Of a stretch of 64,000 nt of DNA, positions 18,636 to 29,030 are shown piece after piece; positions within the stretch are counted from its first letter, which is position 1, and every line of letters begins with the position of its first letter. Below the pieces are notes generated by a model, which was given only the letters and a program-made list of their open reading frames with translations, was not told the origin of the DNA and searched no databases. The translations under genes and the position numbers were made by a program. The stretch is from Bacillales bacterium UBA3789 (GTDB lineage Bacteria > Bacillota_I > Bacilli_A > RF39 > UBA660), in NCBI GenBank assembly GCA_002369415.1, contig DFEZ01000002.1, positions 185,019 to 249,018 of the forward strand. The letters run 5' to 3'.

Positions 18636-20012
18636 TTAAAAGTCACAGTTTCCTGGAGTTCTTGGATATGGAATAACATCTCTTATGTTTTCAATTCCTG
18701 TTAAGTACATAATTAATCTTTCAAATCCCATTCCAAATCCTGAGTGAACACATCCACCATATTCTCTTAGTTTTAAATACCACCATAATTCATCTTTAGA
18801 CATTTTTAGATCATCCATACGTTTTTCTAATACATCAAGACGTTCTTCTCTTTGACTTCCTCCCATAAGTTCTCCACTACCTGGAACAAGTAAGTCAACT
18901 GCTGCTACTGTTTCTTTATCATCATTTAATCTCATATAGAATGCTTTAATGTCTTTTGGCCAGTTATATACAAATACTGGACTATTGAATTTTTCTTCAG
19001 TTAAGTATTTCTCATGTTCACGAGCTAAATCTTCACCATATTTTGGTTCAAATTCAAATTTCTTTCCTGATTCAATTAAGTATTTAATTGCTTCATTATG
19101 AGTAATTCTTACTGCTTTTGATGAAACTAATTTTTCTAATTTTTCAATTAATCCTTTTTCTACAAAGCTATCTAAGAATACTAATTCTTCTTTACAATTC
19201 TTTAATACATAGTCAACTACGTATTTAAGCATTTCTTCCATAATATCCATATCATTTTCTAGATCACAGAATGCTATTTCTGGTTCAATCATCCAGAATT
19301 CATTAGCATGTGTCTTAGTATTAGAATTCTCTGCTCTAAATGTTGGTCCAAATGTATAAGTTTTTCCATAAGCTAAGGCAAATGTTTCTGCTTGTAATTG
19401 ACCAGATACTGTAAGTGATGCTTGTTTTCCAAAGAAGTCTTTTGTGTAATCTACTTTTTTATCTTTAGCTACTCTATCTAAATCTAATGTAGTTACTTGG
19501 AACATTTCTCCTGCTCCTTCACAGTCACTTGCTGTAATAATTGGAGCATGGAAATATACATAGTCTCTTTCTTGGAAATAACAATGTATTGCATGAGCAG
19601 CTTTACTACGTATTCTAAATACTGCTTGGAATAGATTTGTTCTTGGACGTAGATAAGCTTGTTCTCTTAAAAATTCTCTTGTATGTTTCTTTGGTTGAAT
19701 TGGATAGTCTTCAGGACAATCTCCTAATAATGCAATACTCTTTGCTTTAATTTCAAATGCTTGTCCATCTTTTGGAGATTCAACTACTTCTCCTTCTACT
19801 TGTATTGATGAACCTATATGATATTTTTGAATATCATCAAAGTTCTTTAAATCTTTTTCATAAACAATTTGAATTGGAGTAAAGAATGTACCATCAGAAA
19901 ATGAAATAAAACCAAATTCTTTTTGTTTACGATGATTCTTTATCCATCCTTCTATAGTAACTGTTTTTCCTATATACTCTTCTGTGTTTTTAAATAATTC
20001 TCTATCTGTCAT
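18636..20012 (-). CDS. asnS: Asparagine--tRNA ligase
   Basis: LTVSGQL, FGPTFRAENSNT, EFWMIEPE, GGSQREER, GFGMGFER, PYPRTPG. Confidence 0.97.
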   Translation of the reverse strand: MTDRELFKNTEEYIGKTVTIEGWIKNHRKQKEFGFISFSDGTFFTPIQIVYEKDLKNFDDIQKYHIGSSIQVEGEVVESPKDGQAFEIKAKSIALLGDCPEDYPIQPKKHTREFLREQAYLRPRTNLFQAVFRIRSKAAHAIHCYFQERDYVYFHAPIITASDCEGAGEMFQVTTLDLDRVAKDKKVDYTKDFFGKQASLTVSGQLQAETFALAYGKTYTFGPTFRAENSNTKTHANEFWMIEPEIAFCDLENDMDIMEEMLKYVVDYVLKNCKEELVFLDSFVEKGLIEKLEKLVSSKAVRITHNEAIKYLIESGKKFEFEPKYGEDLAREHEKYLTEEKFNSPVFVYNWPKDIKAFYMRLNDDKETVAAVDLLVPGSGELMGGSQREERLDVLEKRMDDLKMSKDELWWYLKLREYGGCVHSGFGMGFERLIMYLTGIENIRDVIPYPRTPGNCDF

Positions 20013-20020
20013 AAATCCTC

Positions 20021-20416
20021 CTACTCGACATAAAAATAATTTGAATCCATTACAGCAGCCAATTTATTATCATCATTATATATGTCTGCTCTTAGATATG
20101 TTGTATTTTTACCTTTCTTTAATATTGAAGCTTTTGCTGTCATATATTTACCTGTAATTGGTCTTAAATATGATATATTTGCGCTTAATGTTACTGCTGG
20201 TCTACCAGTTGTTCTTGCAAGCATTCCCATTGCTGTATCTCCTAATCCAAAGATTAATCCTCCGTGAGCAAATCCATATGGATTCATTGAATTCTCATTT
20301 AATTCTGCTTTTAGTTCTACAAATTCTTCATCTTTGTAATCAACCAATTTATAATTATTGTGTTTATAGAAACCATTATCATTTTCTAATTGATTTAATA
20401 AATCTATTTGATCCAT
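20021..20416 (-). CDS. PaaI family hotdog-fold thioesterase
   Basis: NPYGFAHGG...D motif, ISYLRP. Confidence 0.88.
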   Translation of the reverse strand: MDQIDLLNQLENDNGFYKHNNYKLVDYKDEEFVELKAELNENSMNPYGFAHGGLIFGLGDTAMGMLARTTGRPAVTLSANISYLRPITGKYMTAKASILKKGKNTTYLRADIYNDDNKLAAVMDSNYFYVE

Positions 20417-20441
20417 ATGTATGCCTCCTTTCGTTATTATA

Positions 20442-21602
20442 TCATTTTTTCTCTAATATGCCACTATAATATTTCCAGGCAATAATTCGTGTTACTGCAT
20501 TATTTATAGTTTCTTCTTTTATTAATCCTTCTTCTACTGATTTTATTACTTCATTTTTCATTGATATGAAATCTCCTGTAATTATCATATCATTTCCTGC
20601 ATTTATTGCCATTGTTGCAGCTTTTCCATCTTCTACATATTGTTTAACTGCATCCATACTTAAATCATCAGTAATTATGATACCAGTAAAATCTAATTTA
20701 TTACGTAATTCACTTATTACTTTTTTACTTAATGTTGATGGATATTTATCATCAACTGAAGTCATAATATTATGTGATACTAATACACATGGAACATTTT
20801 CTTCAATACCAGCTTTAAATGGTAGATAGTCATTTTCAGTAAATGTTTCATAGCTTCTATTATCTATTGCTACTCCTGTATGGGTATCTACATTATTACC
20901 ATAACCAGGAAAATGTTTTAAGCAAGAATTTATTTTATTATTGTTGGCATATTTTACCATATTTTTAATATATTCACTTGTTTCTTTAGCACTTTTTCCA
21001 AATGTTCTATTATTAATAAAATCATTTTCATCAGTAGATACATCAGCTACTGGAGCTAGATTTAAATTAACTCCTATACTTTTTAAAAGAGTTGCTTTTT
21101 CATTTTCTGTTTTTTCTAATAATTCATATCCACCTTGTTCAAAATATTCTCTTGGGGATAGGAACTTTTCATTTCTAAAGTTTTGAAATCTACTAACTCT
21201 TGTTACAAAGCCGCCTTCTTCATCTACTGCGATTATTAACTTATATTTATTTAGAGATTGATCTTTATTTAGTTCTTTCAAAATAGTATCTTTTGTATGA
21301 CCTTGAAAGTCTTTTGCAAATAACAAATATCCTCCTGGATAAAAGTTACTTAAGTATTCTACATCACTTGCTCGATATTGAACTATAAATAATTGACCAA
21401 CTTTTTCTTCTATAGTCATTTCTTTTACTAATTCTTTTGCATCTTTATAATAGTCATTAAAAATACCATAGTTGATTTCTTTTTCTTTTTTATTAGTTTG
21501 TTTTTCTTGTAGATTTAGATTCTTATAAAAATATAAGCCTCCTGCTATTAAAACAATTAATAATACTAAATATAAAAGTTTCTTACTTCTTTTTTTATGC
21601 AT
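20442..21602 (-). CDS. Membrane-anchored GH3 beta-N-acetylhexosaminidase (NagZ-like)
   Basis: VDEEGGFVTR, NLAPVADV, KHFPGYG..DTH, ITDDLSM; N-terminal TM. Confidence 0.88.
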   Translation of the reverse strand: MHKKRSKKLLYLVLLIVLIAGGLYFYKNLNLQEKQTNKKEKEINYGIFNDYYKDAKELVKEMTIEEKVGQLFIVQYRASDVEYLSNFYPGGYLLFAKDFQGHTKDTILKELNKDQSLNKYKLIIAVDEEGGFVTRVSRFQNFRNEKFLSPREYFEQGGYELLEKTENEKATLLKSIGVNLNLAPVADVSTDENDFINNRTFGKSAKETSEYIKNMVKYANNNKINSCLKHFPGYGNNVDTHTGVAIDNRSYETFTENDYLPFKAGIEENVPCVLVSHNIMTSVDDKYPSTLSKKVISELRNKLDFTGIIITDDLSMDAVKQYVEDGKAATMAINAGNDMIITGDFISMKNEVIKSVEEGLIKEETINNAVTRIIAWKYYSGILEKK

Positions 21603-21611
21603 AAGTTCACC

Positions 21612-22460
21612 TTAATTCATTATTTTTTTAAATTCATTAGGTGTAGTTGTTTCAAATAATATATCTTTTTTTATTTCTGGATAATACATTTTTAATCTAT
21701 TTGCATGTAAATATAATCTTGTTTCTTTATCATTTTTTAATCCATATTTTTTATCTCCTACTATAGGAGTATCAATACTTGATAAAGCTACTCTAATTTG
21801 ATTTTTTCTTCCTGTTTCAATATTAATACTTAACATTGAATAATCATCATTAGATTTAATTACTTTATAATTAGTAATTGCTTCTTTACCATCTTGATCT
21901 TTAGTTATATATACTAGATTTGTTTTAGTTTCTTTTAATTTTTGAACTATTCTATCTTCATCTTTTTTAGGTTTTCCATGTACAACTGCAACATATTCTC
22001 TTAAAGATACAAAGTCATTCCAATTCTCTTGTAATTTATTCTTAGTTTTTTCGTCTTTTGCAAGTACAACAATTCCACTAGTATCTTTATCTAATCTATG
22101 AACTATGAATACTCTTGCATATTGATTTTTACTTACTAAGTATTCTCTTACTATATGATATAGTGTTTTATCTCTTTCTTTTTCTGTTGCAATTGTTAAA
22201 AGACCACTTGGCTTATTAACTACAATTATATGTTCATCTTCAAATAATATATCAAATGGTAATGTCTTTTTATTTTTACTATCTGTATCAATAACAATAG
22301 TCATTCCTGGAACTACTTTTAGATTATATTTTCTCGTTCTATTATTATTAACAAAAATAGATCCATGAGTTAAATATTGTTTAATACGTTTTTTAGGCAT
22401 ATCTAGATTATTATATAGATAATCTAATAATTCTCCTTCTTTTTTTACTACTAGTTTCAT
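21612..22460 (-). CDS. RluA family RNA pseudouridine synthase
   Basis: VNKPSGL, VHRLDKDTSG, ETGRKNQIR, PIVGDKKYG, LYLHA. Confidence 0.93.
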   Translation of the reverse strand: MKLVVKKEGELLDYLYNNLDMPKKRIKQYLTHGSIFVNNNRTRKYNLKVVPGMTIVIDTDSKNKKTLPFDILFEDEHIIVVNKPSGLLTIATEKERDKTLYHIVREYLVSKNQYARVFIVHRLDKDTSGIVVLAKDEKTKNKLQENWNDFVSLREYVAVVHGKPKKDEDRIVQKLKETKTNLVYITKDQDGKEAITNYKVIKSNDDYSMLSINIETGRKNQIRVALSSIDTPIVGDKKYGLKNDKETRLYLHANRLKMYYPEIKKDILFETTTPNEFKKIMN

Positions 22461-22543
22461 ACAATCCACCTCAATAAGTAAATTATATTACAAATACCTT
22501 GTTTTAACAAATAAAAAAAGACTATTTCTAGTCTTTTTATATA

Positions 22544-24904
22544 TTAATTTTGAACGATTTCTGTGTAATCTTCGATGTCATCATCATCGTCTTCGTCTTG
22601 ATCCTCTTCATCATCTTGTCTTCTATAACGTTTTGCAGCAAGTGATGCTCCTAAAACTCCTGCTCCAGCTAAAGCTCCTGCGGCAGCAGCTGCTCCATAA
22701 TGACCTGATGCTCTTCCGCCAACTTTTGTATCTGGAATAACTTCATATTCAGGTACATATTCTGGTGCTGTTGGTGGAACTGGTTTTGGTTCAGTTCTTG
22801 GTTCTGTTCTAGGCTCAGTCTTAGGTTCAGTTTTTGGTTCTGTCTTAGGCTCAGTCTTAGGCTCAGTTTTTGGTTCAGTCTTAGGTTCAGGTTTTGGATC
22901 AGTTTTTGGAGTTGTTGGATCAACTCTTCTTGGTTGTGGATCTGGATCTGGTCCTGGATCAGGCCCTGGTCCTGGAGTTGGTCCTGGATCACCTGTTGGT
23001 GGAACTGGATCTGGTTTTGGATCATCAGTTGGTGGAACTGGATCTGGTTTTGGATCACCTGTTGGAGGAACTGGTTTTGGTTCTGTATCTGGCATTAAGT
23101 CAGGTGGTCCATCATCCTCATCATAGTATTTTCTATTTTCATCAACAAATAATGCTCTTGATAATTTAGTAGGCATACCTAAAGCTTGTGATACATGTTG
23201 TCCAAGTTCTCCAACACCATCTTTTGCCATATTTAATCCAGTATATAGCATAGTTCCATGTGCAAGTTCTCCAACTAAGTTTCCAACCCCCGCTGCTCTT
23301 GTATGAGCAAGTTTATATGAGTGTCTTAATCCATCATCTATATATGTAGGGTTAACATTAGATACTCTAAACATATCTAATCCTCTACTGTTATTTAAAT
23401 ATTTATTAACCGTATTTTGTGCTGCTGCTGGTATTTTTTCACCAGCAGCTTTAGCTGCTTCTACTTCTCTAAGGGCTGCTCTATATTCACTATATGTCAC
23501 TTTCTTATTATTTAAGTAGTCATTAACAATTTTCATATCTGATTTTGATGGTTTATTACCTGCCGCTTTTGCAGCATCAACTCTTCCTAATGCATCTTTA
23601 TATTCATTATAATTTTTCATTCTAGTTTGAACATCTCTAATTGGTTGTGTAACGTTATCAAACTGGCCAACAGTTGCAGCTTTAAATATTCCAGCAGCAC
23701 CTTTTCCAGCATCATTGTATACAGTAATTAAATGATCCATATCATAGAATCCTTTTGTATATGCTTTTGATGTTAATCTATCAGTGTATCCTCCAAGTTT
23801 TGCAATTTCTGTAATTGCTGCATTTTTATTACGTGTTAGCCCATCTATAACCATTTTTTCTGCTTCTGCAGTTGATTTTCCTAGATAATTACCATACGAT
23901 GAGTCTGCAATTGCCTTATAATATTCAGCAGTTCCTTTGCCATATTTTTTAGCGGCTCTTGCTGCAGCACTTTTTGCTGATGCAATTCTTTCTTCTGCTG
24001 TTTTTGTTGCATTTTTAATTCCTTCTTGATAGTTTTGTTCAAGTTGTTTTAATTGTTGACGTTCTCCAAGTTTTCCAGCAGCATATGCCATACCACCTTG
24101 GATTGCAGCATCTTTGATACCAAATAAAGTAGCAGCTCCTAAACCATATCCATGGTCGAAGGCATCTTCGGATCCTGATCCTAAACCTCCAACTGCTGCA
24201 ACTAATGCGTTCGCGTTTGTCGTTGATTGTAGTGCTCCAGCAATTTTTGCCATCTTTGTTCCTTTTCCTGCTACTCTTGCTATAGCATTATTAGCTCCAC
24301 CGACATATCCACCCATAAGGATATAACCTGTTGCTTGTCCTAATCCTCTAAAGACGGACGCCGCTATACTGTCTGGTCCAAATGCTGAGTATTTAGCTAT
24401 ATCTCTATCATAATAAACCCAATCAAATAGTTCTCTTGATAAGTCTCTCTTTTGGAAATTAATAATTGCTTCACTGGCTTTTGTATCAAATATTTTATCT
24501 ATTGGTTTTGCAGCCCATGCTCCAAGCAATAATACAGCATCTCCAATATCTTCAAAAGCTCCTACGAAACCTTCTCCAACTTTTGATGCTGCCATACCAA
24601 CAGTACCAAATACTTTTTTCCATAAAGGTGCATTGTCATAATCTTGATTATATTGAACAATAGCCTGTACTCTTGAATTAATCTCTTTAATTGCATTATC
24701 TATTAATTCTATACAAACTGCTGGTTTATCTTTTACAGTTGCTAAAGAAGAAGCACTTCCTACGTGTTCTATTCCTCTAGCGCCTTGTACTATACTTACA
24801 GCACCAGTTAAATCAGCTTCTGTACCAGATAGTTTAGCTTTTGCTTTATCTAGATAATCTAATACATTATCAACTTTCTTTTGATCATATCTTAGTTTAG
24901 CCAT
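22544..24904 (-). CDS. Large Ala/Gly-rich protein with WXG100-like N-terminus, Pro-rich stalk and C-terminal membrane anchor
   Basis: Helical N-terminal ~90 aa with no signal peptide; Gly/Ala hydrophobic segments; PKTE and PVPPTGD repeats; IPDTK + hydrophobic stretch + KRYRR + acidic tail. Confidence 0.65.
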   Translation of the reverse strand: MAKLRYDQKKVDNVLDYLDKAKAKLSGTEADLTGAVSIVQGARGIEHVGSASSLATVKDKPAVCIELIDNAIKEINSRVQAIVQYNQDYDNAPLWKKVFGTVGMAASKVGEGFVGAFEDIGDAVLLLGAWAAKPIDKIFDTKASEAIINFQKRDLSRELFDWVYYDRDIAKYSAFGPDSIAASVFRGLGQATGYILMGGYVGGANNAIARVAGKGTKMAKIAGALQSTTNANALVAAVGGLGSGSEDAFDHGYGLGAATLFGIKDAAIQGGMAYAAGKLGERQQLKQLEQNYQEGIKNATKTAEERIASAKSAAARAAKKYGKGTAEYYKAIADSSYGNYLGKSTAEAEKMVIDGLTRNKNAAITEIAKLGGYTDRLTSKAYTKGFYDMDHLITVYNDAGKGAAGIFKAATVGQFDNVTQPIRDVQTRMKNYNEYKDALGRVDAAKAAGNKPSKSDMKIVNDYLNNKKVTYSEYRAALREVEAAKAAGEKIPAAAQNTVNKYLNNSRGLDMFRVSNVNPTYIDDGLRHSYKLAHTRAAGVGNLVGELAHGTMLYTGLNMAKDGVGELGQHVSQALGMPTKLSRALFVDENRKYYDEDDGPPDLMPDTEPKPVPPTGDPKPDPVPPTDDPKPDPVPPTGDPGPTPGPGPDPGPDPDPQPRRVDPTTPKTDPKPEPKTEPKTEPKTEPKTEPKTEPKTEPRTEPRTEPKPVPPTAPEYVPEYEVIPDTKVGGRASGHYGAAAAAGALAGAGVLGASLAAKRYRRQDDEEDQDEDDDDDIEDYTEIVQN
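22761..23110 (-). repeat. Coding tandem repeats: about 9 x 12 bp (P[KR]TE-type) and 3 x 33 bp (PVPPT[GD]DPKPD-type)
   Basis: Visible in both DNA and translation of the 786-aa ORF. Confidence 0.85.
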
Positions 24905-24915
24905 ATTGCACCTCT

Positions 24916-25260
24916 CTAATTATTATTATTTTGTTGTTGTTTAAGTTGTTGTTGATAAGCTTGATATTCAGCCATTTGAGCATTATAAACTTGTTGTGCC
25001 TCTGCGATTACTTGATCAGCAATAGCTATATATCCTGCTTTTAACTTTGTAATTTCTTCTCCAATTCCTGTTATAGAATATTGGAATGTATTTTCATCAA
25101 TTGCAAGCGCTTTTTCTGTACAGTTTTCTCCAGCAATAACTACTAGTGATCCACAAGCATCAAAATCTGCAACATATTGTTTTATTTGGTTGCAGCCATT
25201 TTTAATTGCATCAATATCAATTATCTGTGAAGTACTTGTTATTCCATATCCCATAAACAT
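24916..25260 (-). CDS. Small helical-hairpin protein, possible WXG100-like partner
   Basis: 114 aa, IIDIDAIKNGCNQIK start, two long amphipathic helices, Gln-rich end; 11 nt upstream of the 786-aa gene. Confidence 0.55.
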   Translation of the reverse strand: MFMGYGITSTSQIIDIDAIKNGCNQIKQYVADFDACGSLVVIAGENCTEKALAIDENTFQYSITGIGEEITKLKAGYIAIADQVIAEAQQVYNAQMAEYQAYQQQLKQQQNNNN

Positions 25261-25276
25261 TCTCCTTTTAATAAAA

Positions 25277-25822
25277 TTAATTTAACATTTCTTTATTAAT
25301 TTCAATTATATTTTCTTCTTTTAATTTAAGTTTAGAATAAATATCTTTCATAATATTTTCATAAGATAATTCTTTAATAGTAATATTTACTCTATCTTTT
25401 TCTTTACTTATATTTAAGTTGAAATCTTCGTTTTTTATAACACTATCAAAAATATTTATCTCGTAAATATCTTCGTCTCTTATCCTATTCTCTTTTATTA
25501 TACCATTTTCTCCAATAAATTTAATAGTCCTATTTTTAAACATTTTACATATTTTATTAATAATTTGCTTACTAAATTTATTATTAATTACTTTTTTACC
25601 TTTTTTTACATCATAAAAGTAATATCCTTTTTCACTTACAATATAATCTATAAATGGGAAATCTCTATTGTAATATAGTAGTTCTTCAAGGTTTTTATTT
25701 GAATGAACAAGCAATAAATATTTCTTATTTTTAATTTTTTCAATGTTTAACATTGTGTTTACAGATATTGCATCTTCTTTTCCAATTAAATCTTCAAATT
25801 TACAGATTGCCACCTTTTTCAT
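25277..25822 (-). CDS. Degenerate Cof/HAD-like hydrolase
   Basis: Pattern KKVAIC...ISVNTMLNIEKIKNK...DYIVSEKGYYFYD matches Cof-type HADs, but the DxD nucleophile motif is absent. Confidence 0.5.
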   Translation of the reverse strand: MKKVAICKFEDLIGKEDAISVNTMLNIEKIKNKKYLLLVHSNKNLEELLYYNRDFPFIDYIVSEKGYYFYDVKKGKKVINNKFSKQIINKICKMFKNRTIKFIGENGIIKENRIRDEDIYEINIFDSVIKNEDFNLNISKEKDRVNITIKELSYENIMKDIYSKLKLKEENIIEINKEMLN

Positions 25823-26441
25823 ATTTATTCCCCCTATAATACTTATTTACTGTTGTTAAAGTAAAAATAAGTATTGCTAATGATAATAAGTATCCACCTA
25901 AAACATCGCTTGGATAATGTACCCCTACATATATTCTACTTATACCTATACCTAAAATTATCATTACTAGAAGTATAGTTAATATTACCCTTAATATTTT
26001 ATTCTTTATCTTTTTATTAACTAAGTATATTAATAGTCCATATAAACATATTGATATCATTGAATGTCCTGACGGAAATGAATAACCGTGTTCTGTTACT
26101 AATCTAATATGATCTGGTCTTGGTCTACAAATAATATGTTTTAGTAATTGATTAGATCCAACTGTAAGAATTGTGTTTAATCCAATTAGTATTACTTCTT
26201 TTCTTGAAGTTAGTGTTATCATTAAAATCAATATAATTATAATTACTGGAACAGTATTACCAAATTGAGTAATTATTTTCATAAATGTATCCATTCCATT
26301 ACTTCTTAAGCTTATTAAGAAATTATAAATAGTATCATCAAATGATTTTGTATTATTTGTTATTACTAAGATCATTACTATTATGAAAAGTATTAAAAAT
26401 ACTGAACTAGTAATATATTTTATTAAACTTTTTTTATCCAT
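25800..26441 (-). CDS. PAP2 family membrane phosphatase
   Basis: K(x6)RP, YSFPSGH, SRIYVGVHYPSDV. Confidence 0.92.
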   Translation of the reverse strand: MDKKSLIKYITSSVFLILFIIVMILVITNNTKSFDDTIYNFLISLRSNGMDTFMKIITQFGNTVPVIIIILILMITLTSRKEVILIGLNTILTVGSNQLLKHIICRPRPDHIRLVTEHGYSFPSGHSMISICLYGLLIYLVNKKIKNKILRVILTILLVMIILGIGISRIYVGVHYPSDVLGGYLLSLAILIFTLTTVNKYYRGNKYEKGGNL

Positions 26442-27642
26442 TTAGTGAATCTCTCACTTCTTGTTTATATACTTCTACTCCTGGTTGATTAAATGGTTCT
26501 ATTCCAAATAAATATCCAGAGAATGCTGCTGATAACATAAAGAAGTAATATAAGTTAGCAATATTTTCTGATGATACTTCATCAATTTCAATCTCTAGAC
26601 ATGGTACTCCTCCTTTATAGTGAGCACGCATTACTGAGTCTTCTACAATATTATTAATTGTATGTAAGTCTTTACCATTATAATCAATATAATTATCTGA
26701 TTCTAATACTTTAATAAATGTTTCAAATATTATATGGTTTCCTTCTTGTAAGAATTGTCCTAAGGAATGTAAGTCTCTTGTTCCTACTGTTGATACTGGG
26801 AATATTCCTGTATTTTCTTTTCCTTCAGTTTCTCCAAATAGTTGTTTTAACCATTCTGAGAAGTAAGACATATTTTCTTCATAAACTGTATAGTTTTCTA
26901 TATATTTTCCACTCTTAAATAATACATTTCTTGTTACTGCATATTCATATGCTAGATCAACAAATCTTTTTCCGTGATAATATCCACTTATTATTTCATC
27001 TAAATCATAGTTAAGTGCTAAAGGTAGGAGATGTGCTGGTGTCATAAATGAATATCTTCCACCAATATTATCTGGAATAATAAATGATTTATATCCTTTT
27101 TCATTTACTTCTTCTCTTAATTTACCTTTTTCTTTATCAGTTGTTACTATGATATGATTCTTTAATTCTTCTTCATCATATTTTCTTTTTAATAAATCTT
27201 TTAATACTTTATAAGTGATATTTGTTTCCATTGTAGTACCACTCTTACTAATTACATTTAAACAGAAATTTTTATTTCTTAAATAGTATGTTAATTCATC
27301 TAGATATTTACTAGATAATGTAGTACCTGCATAGATAACTTCAAACTTATCATCATTAAAATATCTTCTCATCATTTTATCAAAAGCGAAACTACCCAAG
27401 AATGATCCTCCAATACCAATAACTACTAAACAATCGAAATTATTTTTAATATTATAGGCAGTATTTTTAATATCTTCTACTACGCTTTCATCTATTCTTT
27501 CAGTCCATCCGATCATATCACTAGTATGGAATTTTTCTAATACTTCGTTTTTTCTATTCATTAACTCTTCATATTCTTTTTGATCAATGAAACTGTTTAC
27601 ATACGTTTTAAAATCAAATCTTATCATTATCTCACTCTCCAT
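26434..27642 (-). CDS. pgi: Glucose-6-phosphate isomerase
   Basis: IGIGGSFLG, ISKSGTTME, IGGRYS, WLKQLFGETEGK, DLHSLGQ, PFNQPGVEVYK. Confidence 0.95.
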   Translation of the reverse strand: MESEIMIRFDFKTYVNSFIDQKEYEELMNRKNEVLEKFHTSDMIGWTERIDESVVEDIKNTAYNIKNNFDCLVVIGIGGSFLGSFAFDKMMRRYFNDDKFEVIYAGTTLSSKYLDELTYYLRNKNFCLNVISKSGTTMETNITYKVLKDLLKRKYDEEELKNHIIVTTDKEKGKLREEVNEKGYKSFIIPDNIGGRYSFMTPAHLLPLALNYDLDEIISGYYHGKRFVDLAYEYAVTRNVLFKSGKYIENYTVYEENMSYFSEWLKQLFGETEGKENTGIFPVSTVGTRDLHSLGQFLQEGNHIIFETFIKVLESDNYIDYNGKDLHTINNIVEDSVMRAHYKGGVPCLEIEIDEVSSENIANLYYFFMLSAAFSGYLFGIEPFNQPGVEVYKQEVRDSLNG

Positions 27643-27687
27643 TTTCTTAATTATATCACATTTTCATAATAATAAAAGAACAATAGA

Positions 27688-29019
27688 TTATTGTTTAAAC
27701 TCTATTGTTCCATCACTATCGATATGTAAAACTACTGTACCTTCTGGGGTATAATATGTCTTCTTATAATCATCATTTGCGAATTTTAATCTTCTATTTA
27801 TAGTATCAGATTGTTCTCTAGGATTAGTAATTATAGTGTACTCTGGTTTTAAATTATAAATAACATCTTGATTATTATTAAATGTTACATATCCATGATG
27901 AGATGCTTTATAAATATCTACATCTCCAATTTGTTTAGATAATTCTGATTCTATATTATGACCAAAATAATTACCTATATCTGATGCCATATAAATCTTT
28001 CTATTATTTATTTCTATCATAGTACATAAACTATTAGCATTTTCTATTCTAGATCTATTATATCCATCTATATTTTTTGAATTAATATAATCAATGTTTT
28101 TTAATTTAATATCAAAGTTTCCTAATCTAAAACTTTGGCATATTTCATTTGATACATCACATATTGCGATACCTCTTACTTCTGCTTGTCTTACCATTTG
28201 ATGATAAGTCATTAAATAGCTAGAATTCAAGTTTTCTGGATTCTTTATATATAAAGTATCTACTGGAATATTTCTTATTATTTTACTAAATCCTCCCATA
28301 TGATCCATATGAGCATGAGTAATAATAATAAAATCTAATTTTTCTGCACCTAATTCTGCTAATTGTTTTAATATGAAGTTTGCTTTGTTGTTATAACTTG
28401 TATCTATAAGTCCAAAGTGTCCACTATCTTCAATAATAAAACTTTCAGTAGATGCTCCTACATTTAAAAAATAAATATAATTATCTTTTGATAATTCTTC
28501 TTCCTCTTCTTTTTCTTTTGTTAATAATTCAGAAAAGTCCTTTTCTTTTAATTCTTCATGTTCTTCTTTCTTTTCTTCTTCCTCTTCAGTATCTTCATGA
28601 ATTATTATCTCTTCTCCTTCAATGTTTTCAGGTGATGCTAAAAAAGCATTTGACTCTTCTAATTGTTTTTCTTTTTCTGTTTTAAGAGGTGCTTTTACTA
28701 TTTTAGGATCAAATAAAGTTACTTGTTTATCTAAATACATTAACTCTTCTGGTTCTAGACAATCATTATAATTAGATAATTTATTTGAATAATCTACTAT
28801 GATTAATCCTATAGTACTTAATAATACAATTAATATTCCAACTATAGATAATTTTTTTGCGTATTTATGAACTGGTAAATTCTTTTTTCTTTTCCTTCTT
28901 AGGCATAATAAGAATACTATGAACACTATTAAAATTGGTACTCCTATTTGAAGTATCAATAATGCTTTTTTTAATAATAGTAAATTTTGGTATAGGCTAT
29001 CATCATAGCATATGTTCAT
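27688..29019 (-). CDS. Membrane-bound metallo-beta-lactamase-fold hydrolase (ComEC/Pce-like)
   Basis: Two N-terminal TMs, acidic linker, IYFLNVG, LIDT, THAHMDHMGG, KASHHG. Confidence 0.8.
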   Translation of the reverse strand: MNICYDDSLYQNLLLLKKALLILQIGVPILIVFIVFLLCLRRKRKKNLPVHKYAKKLSIVGILIVLLSTIGLIIVDYSNKLSNYNDCLEPEELMYLDKQVTLFDPKIVKAPLKTEKEKQLEESNAFLASPENIEGEEIIIHEDTEEEEEKKEEHEELKEKDFSELLTKEKEEEEELSKDNYIYFLNVGASTESFIIEDSGHFGLIDTSYNNKANFILKQLAELGAEKLDFIIITHAHMDHMGGFSKIIRNIPVDTLYIKNPENLNSSYLMTYHQMVRQAEVRGIAICDVSNEICQSFRLGNFDIKLKNIDYINSKNIDGYNRSRIENANSLCTMIEINNRKIYMASDIGNYFGHNIESELSKQIGDVDIYKASHHGYVTFNNNQDVIYNLKPEYTIITNPREQSDTINRRLKFANDDYKKTYYTPEGTVVLHIDSDGTIEFKQ

Positions 29020-29030
29020 AACACTACTCC

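Noticed and set aside
22669-23169. Repetitive alternative-frame ORFs (129 aa minus, 91 aa plus)
   Set aside because: Shadows of the Pro-rich coding repeats in the 786-aa gene; no independent evidence of expression
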